Positions 10,742 through 21,787 of a stretch of DNA of 64,000 nucleotides are shown here, piece after piece. The notes under the pieces are model-generated. The model made no database searches. It saw only the letters and a program-made list of their open reading frames with translations, and was not told the origin of the DNA. This DNA comes from Bacteroidales bacterium UBA6680 (lineage in GTDB: Bacteria; Bacteroidota; Bacteroidia; Bacteroidales; UBA6680): positions 1,249 through 65,248 of the forward strand of contig DKJY01000109.1 in the NCBI GenBank assembly GCA_002454955.1, written 5' to 3'. How positions within the stretch are numbered: position 1 is the stretch's first letter; each line of letters opens with the position of its first letter. Position numbers and translations under genes: made by a program.

Positions 10742-11125
10742 ATGAAAGATTTTAAGTTTTACACAGAAATAGATGCTCTTCCAACTGATGTTTGGACCTG
10801 TTTAACAAACCCTGTTACAATAGAATTATGGTCTGGTTATAAAGCCGAAATGAGTACAAATGAAGGTGATGAGTTTAGTATGTGGGAAGGTGATATATGT
10901 GGTAAGATAATCTCAGTAACAGAACCAAAAGAACTTATACAACAGTGGTATTTCGGAGATTATGAGGAAGAGTCTATAGCAATAATACGTATTCATCCGT
11001 TTAAATCTGATAAATGTAAGGTTGAGGTAAGGCATAGCAATATACCAGATGAGGATTATGATAATATTGTAGAGGGATGGCGTGAATATTATATTGGTGC
11101 AATTGTTGACTTCCTTGAAGAGTAG
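10742..11125 (+). CDS. SRPBCC/AHSA1-like (START-fold) protein
   Basis: PTDVWTCLTNP..IELWSG, GDEFSMWEGDICG, LIQQWYFG, EGWREYY pattern typical of the AHSA1 family. Confidence 0.85.
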   Translation: MKDFKFYTEIDALPTDVWTCLTNPVTIELWSGYKAEMSTNEGDEFSMWEGDICGKIISVTEPKELIQQWYFGDYEEESIAIIRIHPFKSDKCKVEVRHSNIPDEDYDNIVEGWREYYIGAIVDFLEE

Positions 11126-14100
11126 TTAAAAAACAGCTTTTAGCTCTAATGATCCTGTATGAATCATTTTTGTTTCTGGTAGGTTTCGTCCGTGATATAC
11201 CACAGACAGGTTTAACAGTTTTGTTAATTGTCTGTTGAATCTTATCTCCAGAATGGTATTGTTTCCTGATTTAAGAGCTTCAAGCATCTCATATGCAATA
11301 GGAGATTGATCGGTACCGGTATATTTTAGTACAATATATTTTAGTTTAATTGTGGCCAAACTCTTTCTATCTCTTGTATTATATGTTGATGAAATCTCCC
11401 AGTCATACTTTCTTGCGCTCTCTTTATTACTTATAATATTGTTTTTTTTACCATTATTGTGCAATAATTCAACCATAAATATATCTGTCGGGCGCAAGGT
11501 TAGCTTCAGTAGATTTGTATGTTCTTTAATGCTATAATTTTTAGTCTTTAGATAATCTGAGTTATTTGTTTTTTCACCAATCTTAAATTGGTTCTCAATT
11601 GATACAACTCTGGATGGTATCCATTTAATAACAAAAGTATTGTTGTTGATTTTTCGTGTATCGGTTCCATTAACCATAAGATTTATATTGTGTCCATTCT
11701 TATATATATGCTTCAATATTAATTTTCTGGTTAATTTATAGGTTACAACATTACTTATATTCTGATTTAGAAATACAATGCTACTTTTATAGCTATTATT
11801 ATAGAAGATATTCATGTTTTTAAGAATATCGGTACTACTGCTTTTACGCTCAGATTTATAGGAGAAATTATTTGTGAGATTTTTAATTGATAACAGTTTT
11901 CGTTTTTTAGTTTTGTATAGTCGGTTGAAATTAATTCTCAGGTTCAGGTTAAAACCGTTCTTGTACACAGATTCGTAATTGGTTGAGGTTTTGAATATTC
12001 TAATGTATTCAGCCTGATCAGAGAACTGAGCAACCTCAAATTCATCAAGTTCCTTAATATTATTGTTATTGTAATCGGTCCAGCTATAAACACCTTTACC
12101 AGGAGCTACTTTAAGATATATAAACTCTTTTTTATTCTCTAATCCAGAACCAAAGGAGTATCCTGTACCACCAATAATAAAACCATTTTTTACTTTGAAT
12201 CTATAATTTATGCGGGCATTAAGAGTATTCTCCGGAATATTGTCTGAAGCCTCTTTTTTAGCACTAACATTCCTGTAATTCAATATTGCAGAAAAATGAT
12301 TACCTTTTTTAGATGTGTTTTCGTATTCAGCATTTAACTGATGTGCAAAGGTGTATGGCTTAAGCTGATTATCAAACAATCTGTTATCATTTCTTACCAG
12401 ATACGATAATTTTGTTTTATTTCTTTTATCTATTTTACTTTTAAAGAATAACTCACCGGCAATGCTACTTTTGCTATTATCCGCAAGTAAACCACTCTCT
12501 TTATTTGTCCATGTTATATATTCATATAATTGCTTAACACCAATAACCGATTTTTTAATATTTATTGTAGCTTCACTGTTTTGGTTTATAAATGTACTTT
12601 TGTTAATAGAGTCAGTAGTAAATAGATAACTTGCATTTGCTGATGCTTTAAGATTTCTGTGTGTGAATTGATAACTTATAGATGGTTTATGTCTTTTTGC
12701 ATCGCTACCATTTGCCATAAAACCATAACCTATGTCTGCAGTATGTTTATTTCCAATAATACTTATATTATTATTAACAAAGTTGTCGGTTGTTGTTTTG
12801 TTGTCAATAATGTTCCACTCTCTGTTATACTCAATACCTCTAAAATCTTCTGGTGTACTAAAGTTGCTGTTCCTATAAATGTAAGTGAAGTTATTCTTTA
12901 TCTCAGTGCTATCCTTTGTAAACAGTCTTGTAATAATATTTTGCCTTATAGCAATACCAGAATTGTTTCCATCATCTAGATTAGAGTAAAGATTTTTATC
13001 GGAGTAGCTGTATGCAATTTCAGATTCAGAAACAGTTGTTTTAGATATTTTACCTCTCCACCGGAAGTTTATTAGATGATTATCAGAAGGTGTATTTATA
13101 TGTGTTGATGACTCATAATCACCACTCTTTTTTCCATTATTTCTAATACTGTATTTAAACGACTTTCCTGTGGCCAGAACCCTATCAATTACATAATCGC
13201 CATTTCCTCTACCCACGTATCTGAACCTAACGTCAAAAAATGCTTTATCCGGATTGTTTGATTGCCTGTAAAATGTAATCTTCTTGCCTGATATAATGGT
13301 ATCTATTTTGGCATAAAGAATCCTGTCGTTACTATATTTTACGCTGTCAACCATCGATATCAAAGCAAGATCGGAATTATCGCCAATAGATGACAGATAG
13401 CTGACATTATCATCGTTTAAATCTATTGATAATGGTTTATTAGGATTATCTTTCTCTCGGTAATAATTTATACTGAATGCATGATTCTTTTTGGAGAAAC
13501 TATTTTTAGACAGTATCTGATATCTTGAATACGATCTGTCAGTATATTCAAATTCAACAGTTATTCTGGAGTTCTCGGTTACTGGATTTTTTGCAGTAAA
13601 TGATATCTCACCAAGATTATAATCTATAATATAATCAAAGTTATAACCTCTCTTTAAGAGTTTTCCGTCTACATAAACTCGCTCAGATCCTGATATTATA
13701 ATAATATTTAATTCATTGTTTTTCCCTGTAATTTTGTACGGACCTTGATTTCCTTCGATACTTTTTAAAAGTAACTTGTGATATACGCCTTTATTAACAG
13801 TTATTGCTTGCGATGTTACAAGTGTATCTTTTCCTGATATACTTGTATTTATTTTTACTTTTGCGCCTTGTCCTTTTCTATTTAACCTGAGAAAATAAGA
13901 GTTATCAGACTTTGTATTTATATCACCGGCTGTAATATCAAAACTATTGCTGTATAATCTTACAAATACGCGATCAAAATCTTGTAATTGCTGAGTATAA
14001 CCATCTGGTTGAAAAGGAATATTATTGTCAGTAATTACTCCCTGTATATTAATATTATCAGATATTGGACCGTTTATCTGTAAGTTTAGTTTAGAATCAA

Positions 14101-14554
14101 ACACCATATCTTGATTACTGCCTATACTAAAACCTCTGGATATACTTCCTGATCTGTTTAGTTTGTCAGTAAAATTAGTTTTATTCTCTTTTATTCCTTT
14201 TGTCTGATCCAGTATATTCAAAGGTTTGTTGTCATTTTTTTGCAGAAGATTGCTGTTAAAATAACTCTTACTACCTTTAATCTTCATCTTAAATATCCTG
14301 AAATTAATATTTAAAGGCAGTGTTATATGTGCAGCTTTCTTTATATATATAACACCTTTACTATAATCTATATAAAGTGAATTAAGATCTGATTTGTTTC
14401 TGACTTTAATAGACCCGGGAATAATACTATATCCATTAGTACTTATTGTATCTGCATAACTATTTAGAATTTCACGCCTGAAATTTGTTGTTTGCTGACC
14501 AGACAGTGTAGCAGCAAAAATAAAGAGTAGTATGATGATTCTAATTATCTTCAA
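11126..14554 (-). CDS. Large exported outer-membrane beta-barrel protein with SprA-like N-terminal region
   Basis: Signal peptide ending LSG-Q; GSISRG..DSKLNLQING, ITAGDI and SGSERVYVDGKLLKRG..DYIIDYNLGEI resemble SprA segments; alternating beta-strand pattern; terminal LELKAVF. TTG start. Confidence 0.75.
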   Translation of the reverse strand: MKIIRIIILLFIFAATLSGQQTTNFRREILNSYADTISTNGYSIIPGSIKVRNKSDLNSLYIDYSKGVIYIKKAAHITLPLNINFRIFKMKIKGSKSYFNSNLLQKNDNKPLNILDQTKGIKENKTNFTDKLNRSGSISRGFSIGSNQDMVFDSKLNLQINGPISDNINIQGVITDNNIPFQPDGYTQQLQDFDRVFVRLYSNSFDITAGDINTKSDNSYFLRLNRKGQGAKVKINTSISGKDTLVTSQAITVNKGVYHKLLLKSIEGNQGPYKITGKNNELNIIIISGSERVYVDGKLLKRGYNFDYIIDYNLGEISFTAKNPVTENSRITVEFEYTDRSYSRYQILSKNSFSKKNHAFSINYYREKDNPNKPLSIDLNDDNVSYLSSIGDNSDLALISMVDSVKYSNDRILYAKIDTIISGKKITFYRQSNNPDKAFFDVRFRYVGRGNGDYVIDRVLATGKSFKYSIRNNGKKSGDYESSTHINTPSDNHLINFRWRGKISKTTVSESEIAYSYSDKNLYSNLDDGNNSGIAIRQNIITRLFTKDSTEIKNNFTYIYRNSNFSTPEDFRGIEYNREWNIIDNKTTTDNFVNNNISIIGNKHTADIGYGFMANGSDAKRHKPSISYQFTHRNLKASANASYLFTTDSINKSTFINQNSEATINIKKSVIGVKQLYEYITWTNKESGLLADNSKSSIAGELFFKSKIDKRNKTKLSYLVRNDNRLFDNQLKPYTFAHQLNAEYENTSKKGNHFSAILNYRNVSAKKEASDNIPENTLNARINYRFKVKNGFIIGGTGYSFGSGLENKKEFIYLKVAPGKGVYSWTDYNNNNIKELDEFEVAQFSDQAEYIRIFKTSTNYESVYKNGFNLNLRINFNRLYKTKKRKLLSIKNLTNNFSYKSERKSSSTDILKNMNIFYNNSYKSSIVFLNQNISNVVTYKLTRKLILKHIYKNGHNINLMVNGTDTRKINNNTFVIKWIPSRVVSIENQFKIGEKTNNSDYLKTKNYSIKEHTNLLKLTLRPTDIFMVELLHNNGKKNNIISNKESARKYDWEISSTYNTRDRKSLATIKLKYIVLKYTGTDQSPIAYEMLEALKSGNNTILEIRFNRQLTKLLNLSVVYHGRNLPETKMIHTGSLELKAVF

Positions 14555-14655
14555 GTGTGGTTATTCTTTTTGATGTAACAAAAATAAAACGAAGAAGGAT
14601 ATTTTTAATTGTGATATTTGCTTTTACCTGTTAATTTTGGAGAAAAATTAGTTTA

Positions 14656-15888
14656 ATGGCAGTAATATACTCAATTGGAATATATATCTATTATCTTTTG
14701 ATAAAAATATCTTCGTTATCAAACGACAAAGCAAAGCTTTGGTTAAGAGGAAGAAAGAGTTGGAAAGTGCGATTGTCTGAGGATATATTAAAGGAACAAC
14801 AGAATGTCTGGTTCCATTGCGCATCCCTTGGCGAATTTGAGCAAGGCAGACCATTGATTGAATCATATAAGAACAAATATCCGGAAAGAAAAATTATACT
14901 AACATTCTTCTCTCCGTCAGGATACGAAGTAAGAAAAAATTACGATGGAGCAGACTATATATATTATCTCCCGCTTGATACTAAGAAGAATGCAAAAACT
15001 TTTGTTGATTTAATAAAGCCTGTTGAGGTCTTTTTTGTTAAATATGAATATTGGAATTTTTATTTTAAAGAGCTTAAAAAGAGAGATATTCCGTTATATA
15101 TGGTATCCGCAATTTTCAGACAGAAACAGATGTTCTTTAAAAGATACGGAGGATGGTACAGGAATATTCTTAAATGTGTAAAATACTTCTTTGTACAGGA
15201 TTCTGGTTCATATGAACTTTTAAAAAGTATTGGTTTCACAAACATGTCAGTTACAGGAGATACCAGATTCGACAGAGTATACCAGATTGCTGGAAATGCA
15301 TCTGATAATGATATTGTTGGAGCATTTGTAAAAGATTCCCCTTTTACAGTTGTGCTTGGTAGTTCATGGGAAAAAGACGAACTACTTGTTAAGAGTATGA
15401 TAAAAAACAATCTATATAACCATGTTAAATTTATTGTAGCTCCGCACCACGTAGATAGGAAGAATGTATTACGAATAAAACAGCTTTTCGGAGAGATTGA
15501 TACCATACTTTATAGCGATTCAGATTTAGAAAGTATTACTAAATACAGATTTCTTGTGGTTGATTGTATTGGATTGCTCTCATCACTTTATAAATACGGA
15601 AATATAGCATATATTGGAGGAGGTTTTGGAGTAGGTATACATAATATTCTGGAGGCAGCAACGTTTGGATTACCAGTTGTTTTTGGGCCTAATCACAACC
15701 GATTTAAAGAGGCTAATGATTTAAAAACATTAAATGGAGCTTTTGGTATATCAAATGTAGAGGAGCTAAATGCCGTAATGAGTAAATTTGTTGAAAATGA
15801 AAAATATCTGGAACAAACATCTGATATTGCACGTAAATATATATTGGAAAAACTAGGAGCAGTATCAGCAATTATAAATACTATATAA
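14656..15888 (+). CDS. waaA: Kdo transferase (3-deoxy-D-manno-octulosonic acid transferase)
   Basis: WFHCASLGEFEQGRP, LTFFSPSGYE, YLPLDT, GDTRFDRV, AYIGGGFG.GIHNILEAA. Confidence 0.96.
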   Translation: MAVIYSIGIYIYYLLIKISSLSNDKAKLWLRGRKSWKVRLSEDILKEQQNVWFHCASLGEFEQGRPLIESYKNKYPERKIILTFFSPSGYEVRKNYDGADYIYYLPLDTKKNAKTFVDLIKPVEVFFVKYEYWNFYFKELKKRDIPLYMVSAIFRQKQMFFKRYGGWYRNILKCVKYFFVQDSGSYELLKSIGFTNMSVTGDTRFDRVYQIAGNASDNDIVGAFVKDSPFTVVLGSSWEKDELLVKSMIKNNLYNHVKFIVAPHHVDRKNVLRIKQLFGEIDTILYSDSDLESITKYRFLVVDCIGLLSSLYKYGNIAYIGGGFGVGIHNILEAATFGLPVVFGPNHNRFKEANDLKTLNGAFGISNVEELNAVMSKFVENEKYLEQTSDIARKYILEKLGAVSAIINTI

Positions 15889-15904
15889 AACAAACGTTTT
15901 TTAC

Positions 15905-17740
15905 ATGAACATTATAAAGACACTACTTTTAATAATCTTTTTTATACTCTCTGTACAAAGAACCAAAGCGGATGATAATAAAGCATTGATATCTGCAGTT
16001 GATTCCCTAAATCATCTTTCGTTTTTTTACCTTAATCAGGATATAATGCTTTCTCGGACATATGCTAATAAAGCTATCAAAATGGCAGAAGCTATTGATT
16101 ATACTGGCGGAAAGAGCGATGGTTTAGTAAATATGTCGATATATCAACACTACTGCGGACAGCAAGATAGTGCGCTTTACTTTTTAGATCTTGCACTTGA
16201 ATCTGTGGGCGATGATGTATACCGAAAAGCAAAGGTGATACTTAATAAAGGAAATATATACTATAAAAGCGGAAATTTTCCGGAATCATTCTCGTTGTAT
16301 AGTGAGGCGTATAACTTGAGTAAAGAGAATGCCTTTGCCGATGTAGAAGCTTCTGCACTTCTGAATCTGGGGTTAATATACGAACACCAGGGACGTGCAG
16401 AGAAGGCAATAGAATATCTGTTTAATGCACTTAAGAAACATAAGGAGTTAAATAGCAGACAGAACATTATATTAACTCTTGTTAATATTGCCAATATATA
16501 TAATGAACAAACAAAGTACGACAAGGCTCTTGAGTATTTTCTGGAGGCGTCTGATCTGTTGCAGGGAGGATATAATAAACGCTTGCATGCCAATATATTT
16601 ATGAATATTGGTAATCTATACCTGCAACTTAAAGATTTTGATAAAGCTCTTGACTATTACAGAGATGCAATGGCAATATATGAGGAATTATCAGATAAGC
16701 AAGGTATGTCGGGCTGTTTGAATAATATGGGTACAATATATTCATATAAAGGTGATTACAAAAAATCTCTGGATCTTCATACGCATGCACTACAGATAAA
16801 AGAGTTAATTGGAGATAAACGTGGAGCTATTCACTGTTTGGCAAATATTTCAGAATCATGGTTCTCTCTTAACGATAATGTTAAAGGAGAAAAAGCTGCT
16901 CTTGAGGCTCTTAGCAGAGCAGTAGCAATTGATTATAAAGAGATGATTGCAGATGTATCTAAGATACTTTATGAAACATATCACACACAAAACGACTATA
17001 AAAAATCGTTTAAGTATCTGCTAAAGTATTCTGAGCTTAAGGATACGTTGTATAACGAGAAGAAAGAGATTATTGCCGAGGAGGTTCGTACGCGTTATGA
17101 GGTAGAGCAACATGAAAGTAAATTACTATTACAGAAACAGCGAATAGATTTGCTAGAACAGAAAAAGATGGGTAATATGATACTCTTCTTAGGACTTGTA
17201 CTTATAACTATATCTGTATTTATTGTAATTATTCTTGCGTACAGAAACAGGGTTAACAAGAAACTTATTCATGCACACCAGAGAGAAAAGGAGCTGACAG
17301 ATGAACTAAACTATCATGATAAAGAGCTTGGTGATTTTGCTCTAAGAATATCGCAGAAAAACGACTTTCTTGAAGTATTGCGTGCAAAGATAAAGGAGGT
17401 ATATGCAAAGGCTGTTAATCCAGAAGCTAAAAAACTTGTAACAGAGCTTGGTAATTTGGTATCGATAAACCTGAATATTGAGAAAGATAGAGAAGATTTT
17501 CTTAAACACTCAGCACAATTGGACAATAGTTTTGTAAGAAAACTGGAGGGGTTATATCCGGATCTTACGGAGGATGACAAACGATTGTCTGTTTATTTGA
17601 GACTTAACCTTTCGTCAAAAGAGATATCAACTCTGTTTAATATCTCTGCAAAAAGTGTAAATATGAAGCGTTACAGGTTAAGAAAAAAGATGAATGTGCA
17701 ACAAGATATATCACTATTTGAATTTCTGAATAATATCTAA
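15905..17740 (+). CDS. Membrane-spanning one-component regulator: periplasmic TPR repeats, one TM helix, coiled coil, LuxR-type HTH
   Basis: Signal peptide; repeated NxGxIY..GxYxKAL TPR units; hydrophobic ILFLGLVLITISVFIVIILAY; C-terminal YPDLTEDDKRLSVYLRLNLSSKEISTLFNISAKSVNMKRYRLRKKM. Confidence 0.9.
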   Translation: MNIIKTLLLIIFFILSVQRTKADDNKALISAVDSLNHLSFFYLNQDIMLSRTYANKAIKMAEAIDYTGGKSDGLVNMSIYQHYCGQQDSALYFLDLALESVGDDVYRKAKVILNKGNIYYKSGNFPESFSLYSEAYNLSKENAFADVEASALLNLGLIYEHQGRAEKAIEYLFNALKKHKELNSRQNIILTLVNIANIYNEQTKYDKALEYFLEASDLLQGGYNKRLHANIFMNIGNLYLQLKDFDKALDYYRDAMAIYEELSDKQGMSGCLNNMGTIYSYKGDYKKSLDLHTHALQIKELIGDKRGAIHCLANISESWFSLNDNVKGEKAALEALSRAVAIDYKEMIADVSKILYETYHTQNDYKKSFKYLLKYSELKDTLYNEKKEIIAEEVRTRYEVEQHESKLLLQKQRIDLLEQKKMGNMILFLGLVLITISVFIVIILAYRNRVNKKLIHAHQREKELTDELNYHDKELGDFALRISQKNDFLEVLRAKIKEVYAKAVNPEAKKLVTELGNLVSINLNIEKDREDFLKHSAQLDNSFVRKLEGLYPDLTEDDKRLSVYLRLNLSSKEISTLFNISAKSVNMKRYRLRKKMNVQQDISLFEFLNNI

Positions 17741-17761
17741 TTGTAGATCGTAATATATTAT

Positions 17762-17791
17762 AAACAGCTACTATTCAGTAGCTGTTTTTTT
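17762..17791 (+). terminator. Intrinsic terminator after the TPR-LuxR gene
   Basis: AAACAGCTACT-attc-AGTAGCTGTTT followed by further T residues. Confidence 0.85.
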
Positions 17792-17908
17792 ATATGTATA
17801 TATTGTTATGATTAGTTGTATGTGTATGTAGTATTTCTGTGTATATACAATAGTAGTGTTTTTGATTAAACATGTTTTATTTGTTATAAAACTGTAAACA
17901 CTATTGAT

Positions 17909-20900
17909 ATGATTAAGAAAATTACCCTTTTAGTTGTTTCTGTTCTTTTAGCTTTTGCAGCAAAATCACAGACAATTTATGAAGGTTTTGAATCGGGAAC
18001 AATTCCTGTGGAGTGGAAAGTTATTAACAATAATAACGATTCCGGAAAGTGGCGAACAAGCGGATATGCAAATATGTTTGGAGCATATGGTGTAGAGCTC
18101 AAAAAAAAGTGGAATGAGTCATTTGATGACTATCTTATCTCGCCAAAATTTGTAGTAAAAGATGGTGCGCAACTTAGTTTCTATGCACGATCTATGAGTA
18201 ATGAAGATAAAGGAGCGTTTAAAGTTTTGGTATCTAAGGGTGCCAGAATAATAAGCGATTTAAATATTGTTATTGCCGACATTCCTGAAAAGAATATGGA
18301 GTGGAGTAAGTATACATATACTCTTACAGATAATGCAAATATTAATACTGGTGATGAGATATGCTTTGCCATACATGCATATGATAGAGGTAAATCTAAT
18401 CTTAGGATGGATGCATTTGTTGTTGATGTTGAACAAACTGAACCAAAGGCAACCATTAGTAAAACAGCTGTGGCTATTAATGCCGAGGTTGGAATATCAT
18501 CAACATCTGAACATCTTACAATAACAAATACAGGTAAGGACGGACTGGTTATTAGTGAAGTGACAAACCTTTTGGGAACAGTTTTTTCAACAACTTGTAC
18601 TTCAGATGCAACAGCATCACTGAATCTTAAGCAACATGAATCTTATACGTTTAATTTCTCTTTTAAACCTACTGATGTTAAGACTTATACAAAAGATTTT
18701 GTAATTGAGACAAATGGAGGTGATGTAACAGTTAAACTTACAGGAAATGGTAAAGCAAAAGCTCCTGCAGTTGATAATCTTACAGAAGGGTTTGAAGGTG
18801 ATAATATATCTGAAAACTGGACTGTTTATGATGGAAACAACGATAATAACAGCTGGAGAATAAATAATAGTGAAAATCATAGCGGAAGTAGATCTGTTGA
18901 GTGTAAGCGCTCAATGAGTTATGAGAATAATGACTGGTTGGTTTCTCCGCTATTAAAAGTTAAGAATGGTTCTGTACTATCTTTCTTTGCCAGATCAAGT
19001 TTTAGGTTAGATAATGAATATATGCAAGTAGTAGCATCTAAAACAGGTAAAGATTTCTCAACAGATTTTAATATAGAAATTCTGCCAAAACAAAAAGTAC
19101 CAAGTAGCTCGTATAGAGAGTATAATATTGTACTCTCGGATATTGCAGGTATAAATGCTGACGATGAGATATTTGTAGCAATAAAATCAGTATCGGCAAA
19201 AGGATCGTATTCGTTATATGTAGATGATTTTAAACTTGAAGCTCCTAAAGATGTTGCAATTAATATAACTAGTTGGGTGACTGTATCTGAGGTTAATAAA
19301 ACATCAAACTCAGGAGATATATTTAAGATTGGTAACAATACAGCAGAAACTGTAAGAATTGAAAGTATATCAGATGTGTCACCATTTACTTTATCGTTAA
19401 GTGTTGGAGATGAAATTACTGCCGGTGAGAGTAAAAAGTTCTCAGTAACTTATAAACCAACAGAGGTAAATATCCACACAAAAGAGGTTGTGATAAAAAC
19501 ATCTCATGGCGATGTTACAATTAATTTAAAAGGAGAGTCAAAAGCTCCACAAATAGCATCAACTAAAATAGAGGAAGATTTTGAAGGAGGTGTATTACCA
19601 GAGAATTGGATTGTTTATAATGTGAACGATGACAATAATAGTTGGAAATTATCAGATAAGAGTTATAATGCTCACGGAGGAAGATACTCGGTTTTGATAG
19701 AGCAACACGCGGTTAATGTTCATAATGATCTTCTTGTTCTTCCAAAACTGAAGGTTGAGGATGGATGTAGATTCAAGGTTTGGTTATCAGGATTTAATGA
19801 TAATTCTCAAATATTAAATATCAAAGCTTCAAAGAGTGGAAATGCTGCATCTGATTTTAATATAACAGTAAAATCAGATTATACAGTACTTAAAGATTGG
19901 ACAGAACTTGATATTGTACTTACAGACAATGCTAATATTAATGCAGGCGATGAGATATACCTTGCTATTCAGGCAATATCAGAACCAATAACAGGAGTAT
20001 TACCAGCTAAATTAATTGTAGACGATATATTTGTTGGTGCAGATGGTGGTGAGAGTAATATGGCATTGATAACCAAATTTAATTTGCCGGGACAGATTGG
20101 TAAAACAGCAATAGACTCGCACGCTAACAGAGTTATTGTTACAATGCCTGGAAATGTTGATGTTAGTAATCTTAAGCCGATTATTGAGGTGTCAAAAGGT
20201 GCAACAGTAACACCTGATGGTAATATATCACAAGATTTTAACAGTAATGTAGAGTATAAGGTAACAGCTGAGAATGGTGATATCAGAACATGGACAGTAC
20301 TTGTTGATAAGAAGATAATACCAGGAGACAATAAAATATTAAAGTTTAGTGTTGGTGGACAGGTTGGTGATACAGAAATATCGCATGATCCTAAAACTGT
20401 AGCACTAAAGTTACCATACAGCTCAGATTTATCATCAGTAAAACCAACAATAATTGTATCTGCAGGAGCAACTGTTATGCCAGAAAGTAATGCAGCTGTA
20501 GATTTCTCTTCAGGAAGTGTTAATTATACAGTACAGGCTTCAACGGGAGAGCAGGCTGTTTATAAGGTTACCATTACTAAAAAGGAGCCTGCAAAAGATA
20601 TCAGTGTATCTGTTGATAAACCAGAATATACAAAAGTGCCAAAAACACAGGCAAAATTTACATTTAATGCTAAGGTACAGAATGGAGGAATTGATATTAG
20701 TACACCGCTAAATGTTGACTTTACAGTTGAGGGGTACTCATATACAAATTCATCTGCATTAAAGGTTCCTTTTACATCGGGTAGCACTCAAACAGTAGTT
20801 GCAGGAGAAGAATTTGTAGCAAATAAAGGACTGTTTAAAATGAAGGCTACAGTAAATTATGCTGATGATGATATATCAAATAATAGTGCTACAATGATGT

Positions 20901-21667
20901 ATGAGGTAACAGACTCTGTAATGGCGCGAGAAAATGCAACACCCGATATATACAAAGATATTGTTGTGAATGGAGAGGGCGCACAGATGTTTGAGTTAGT
21001 ATCAAAGGATACAATAAACTCTGTTACACTTATGCTTACAACCAATAAAAACTCAGCAGGTGACGCATTTGTAGAGGAGGAATCAGCTATAGCAATAAAG
21101 ATATACAAATTTAATGGTACAAAACCAACAGACGTAGTATATGAGAGCGATAAACAAGAGTTTACCAGCAGAGGTTTTACAAAACATACATTTAGTCTTG
21201 ATAAACAGGTAATTCTGAATGAGGGTAAATATGCTTTCTCAGTTGTAAACATGGGCAATGAGGCCTTAAAGCTTGCAGCAACAAGTAAAGTATTTACAGA
21301 AAATACGGTGTTCATTAATAATACAACTGAGTGGACAGTAGCAACAAAAGCATCGCAGTATACATTTGTAATTCAACCAAATGTATTGGCTGGTAAGCAA
21401 TTTAAGAATACATTAACATCTGTTGATGATGAGGATATTGCAAACAGAGTTATTGTTTATCCTAATCCTGTTAATAACATACTTACAATTGAGAATGTAA
21501 ACGGTGCATTAGTTAGAGTGATAAACACTCAGGGAGTAGTTGTATACTCTATAGAACCTGATAGTAATGTTTGTACAATAGATACAAATAGGTTTAAAAA
21601 AGGTATCTATATCATTAATATAATAGATGAAAAAACAACTCAGAACAGAAAAGTAATTTTTAGGTAA
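17909..21667 (+). CDS. T9SS-secreted modular adhesin-like protein (3 cleaved-adhesin/choice-of-anchor J, 2 ASH/Ig-like, 2 DUF5018-like domains, type A CTD)
   Basis: Signal peptide AKS-Q; three E(G/D)FE..W..N.D..W..(D)xL(I/V)(S/L)P domains; two F.P......F/V.I.T..GDVT(V/I).L.G Ig modules; two P.I.VS.GATV.P..DF..V.Y.V.A repeats; CTD VYPNPVNN..KKGIYII..RKVIFR. Confidence 0.88.
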   Translation: MIKKITLLVVSVLLAFAAKSQTIYEGFESGTIPVEWKVINNNNDSGKWRTSGYANMFGAYGVELKKKWNESFDDYLISPKFVVKDGAQLSFYARSMSNEDKGAFKVLVSKGARIISDLNIVIADIPEKNMEWSKYTYTLTDNANINTGDEICFAIHAYDRGKSNLRMDAFVVDVEQTEPKATISKTAVAINAEVGISSTSEHLTITNTGKDGLVISEVTNLLGTVFSTTCTSDATASLNLKQHESYTFNFSFKPTDVKTYTKDFVIETNGGDVTVKLTGNGKAKAPAVDNLTEGFEGDNISENWTVYDGNNDNNSWRINNSENHSGSRSVECKRSMSYENNDWLVSPLLKVKNGSVLSFFARSSFRLDNEYMQVVASKTGKDFSTDFNIEILPKQKVPSSSYREYNIVLSDIAGINADDEIFVAIKSVSAKGSYSLYVDDFKLEAPKDVAINITSWVTVSEVNKTSNSGDIFKIGNNTAETVRIESISDVSPFTLSLSVGDEITAGESKKFSVTYKPTEVNIHTKEVVIKTSHGDVTINLKGESKAPQIASTKIEEDFEGGVLPENWIVYNVNDDNNSWKLSDKSYNAHGGRYSVLIEQHAVNVHNDLLVLPKLKVEDGCRFKVWLSGFNDNSQILNIKASKSGNAASDFNITVKSDYTVLKDWTELDIVLTDNANINAGDEIYLAIQAISEPITGVLPAKLIVDDIFVGADGGESNMALITKFNLPGQIGKTAIDSHANRVIVTMPGNVDVSNLKPIIEVSKGATVTPDGNISQDFNSNVEYKVTAENGDIRTWTVLVDKKIIPGDNKILKFSVGGQVGDTEISHDPKTVALKLPYSSDLSSVKPTIIVSAGATVMPESNAAVDFSSGSVNYTVQASTGEQAVYKVTITKKEPAKDISVSVDKPEYTKVPKTQAKFTFNAKVQNGGIDISTPLNVDFTVEGYSYTNSSALKVPFTSGSTQTVVAGEEFVANKGLFKMKATVNYADDDISNNSATMMYEVTDSVMARENATPDIYKDIVVNGEGAQMFELVSKDTINSVTLMLTTNKNSAGDAFVEEESAIAIKIYKFNGTKPTDVVYESDKQEFTSRGFTKHTFSLDKQVILNEGKYAFSVVNMGNEALKLAATSKVFTENTVFINNTTEWTVATKASQYTFVIQPNVLAGKQFKNTLTSVDDEDIANRVIVYPNPVNNILTIENVNGALVRVINTQGVVVYSIEPDSNVCTIDTNRFKKGIYIINIIDEKTTQNRKVIFR

Positions 21668-21755
21668 AATAAATAGATCTGCATTATGCAATATATTCAG
21701 ATTATAAATTGAAATCTGTATTGCAGGTTGTGGGTTTTACTACTATTTTTTATTA

Positions 21756-21787
21756 AAGGTGTTGCATATTGGCAACACCTTTTTTTG
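21756..21787 (+). terminator. Intrinsic terminator between the two adhesin genes
   Basis: AAAGGTGTTGC-atattg-GCAACACCTTT followed by a T-tract. Confidence 0.85.
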
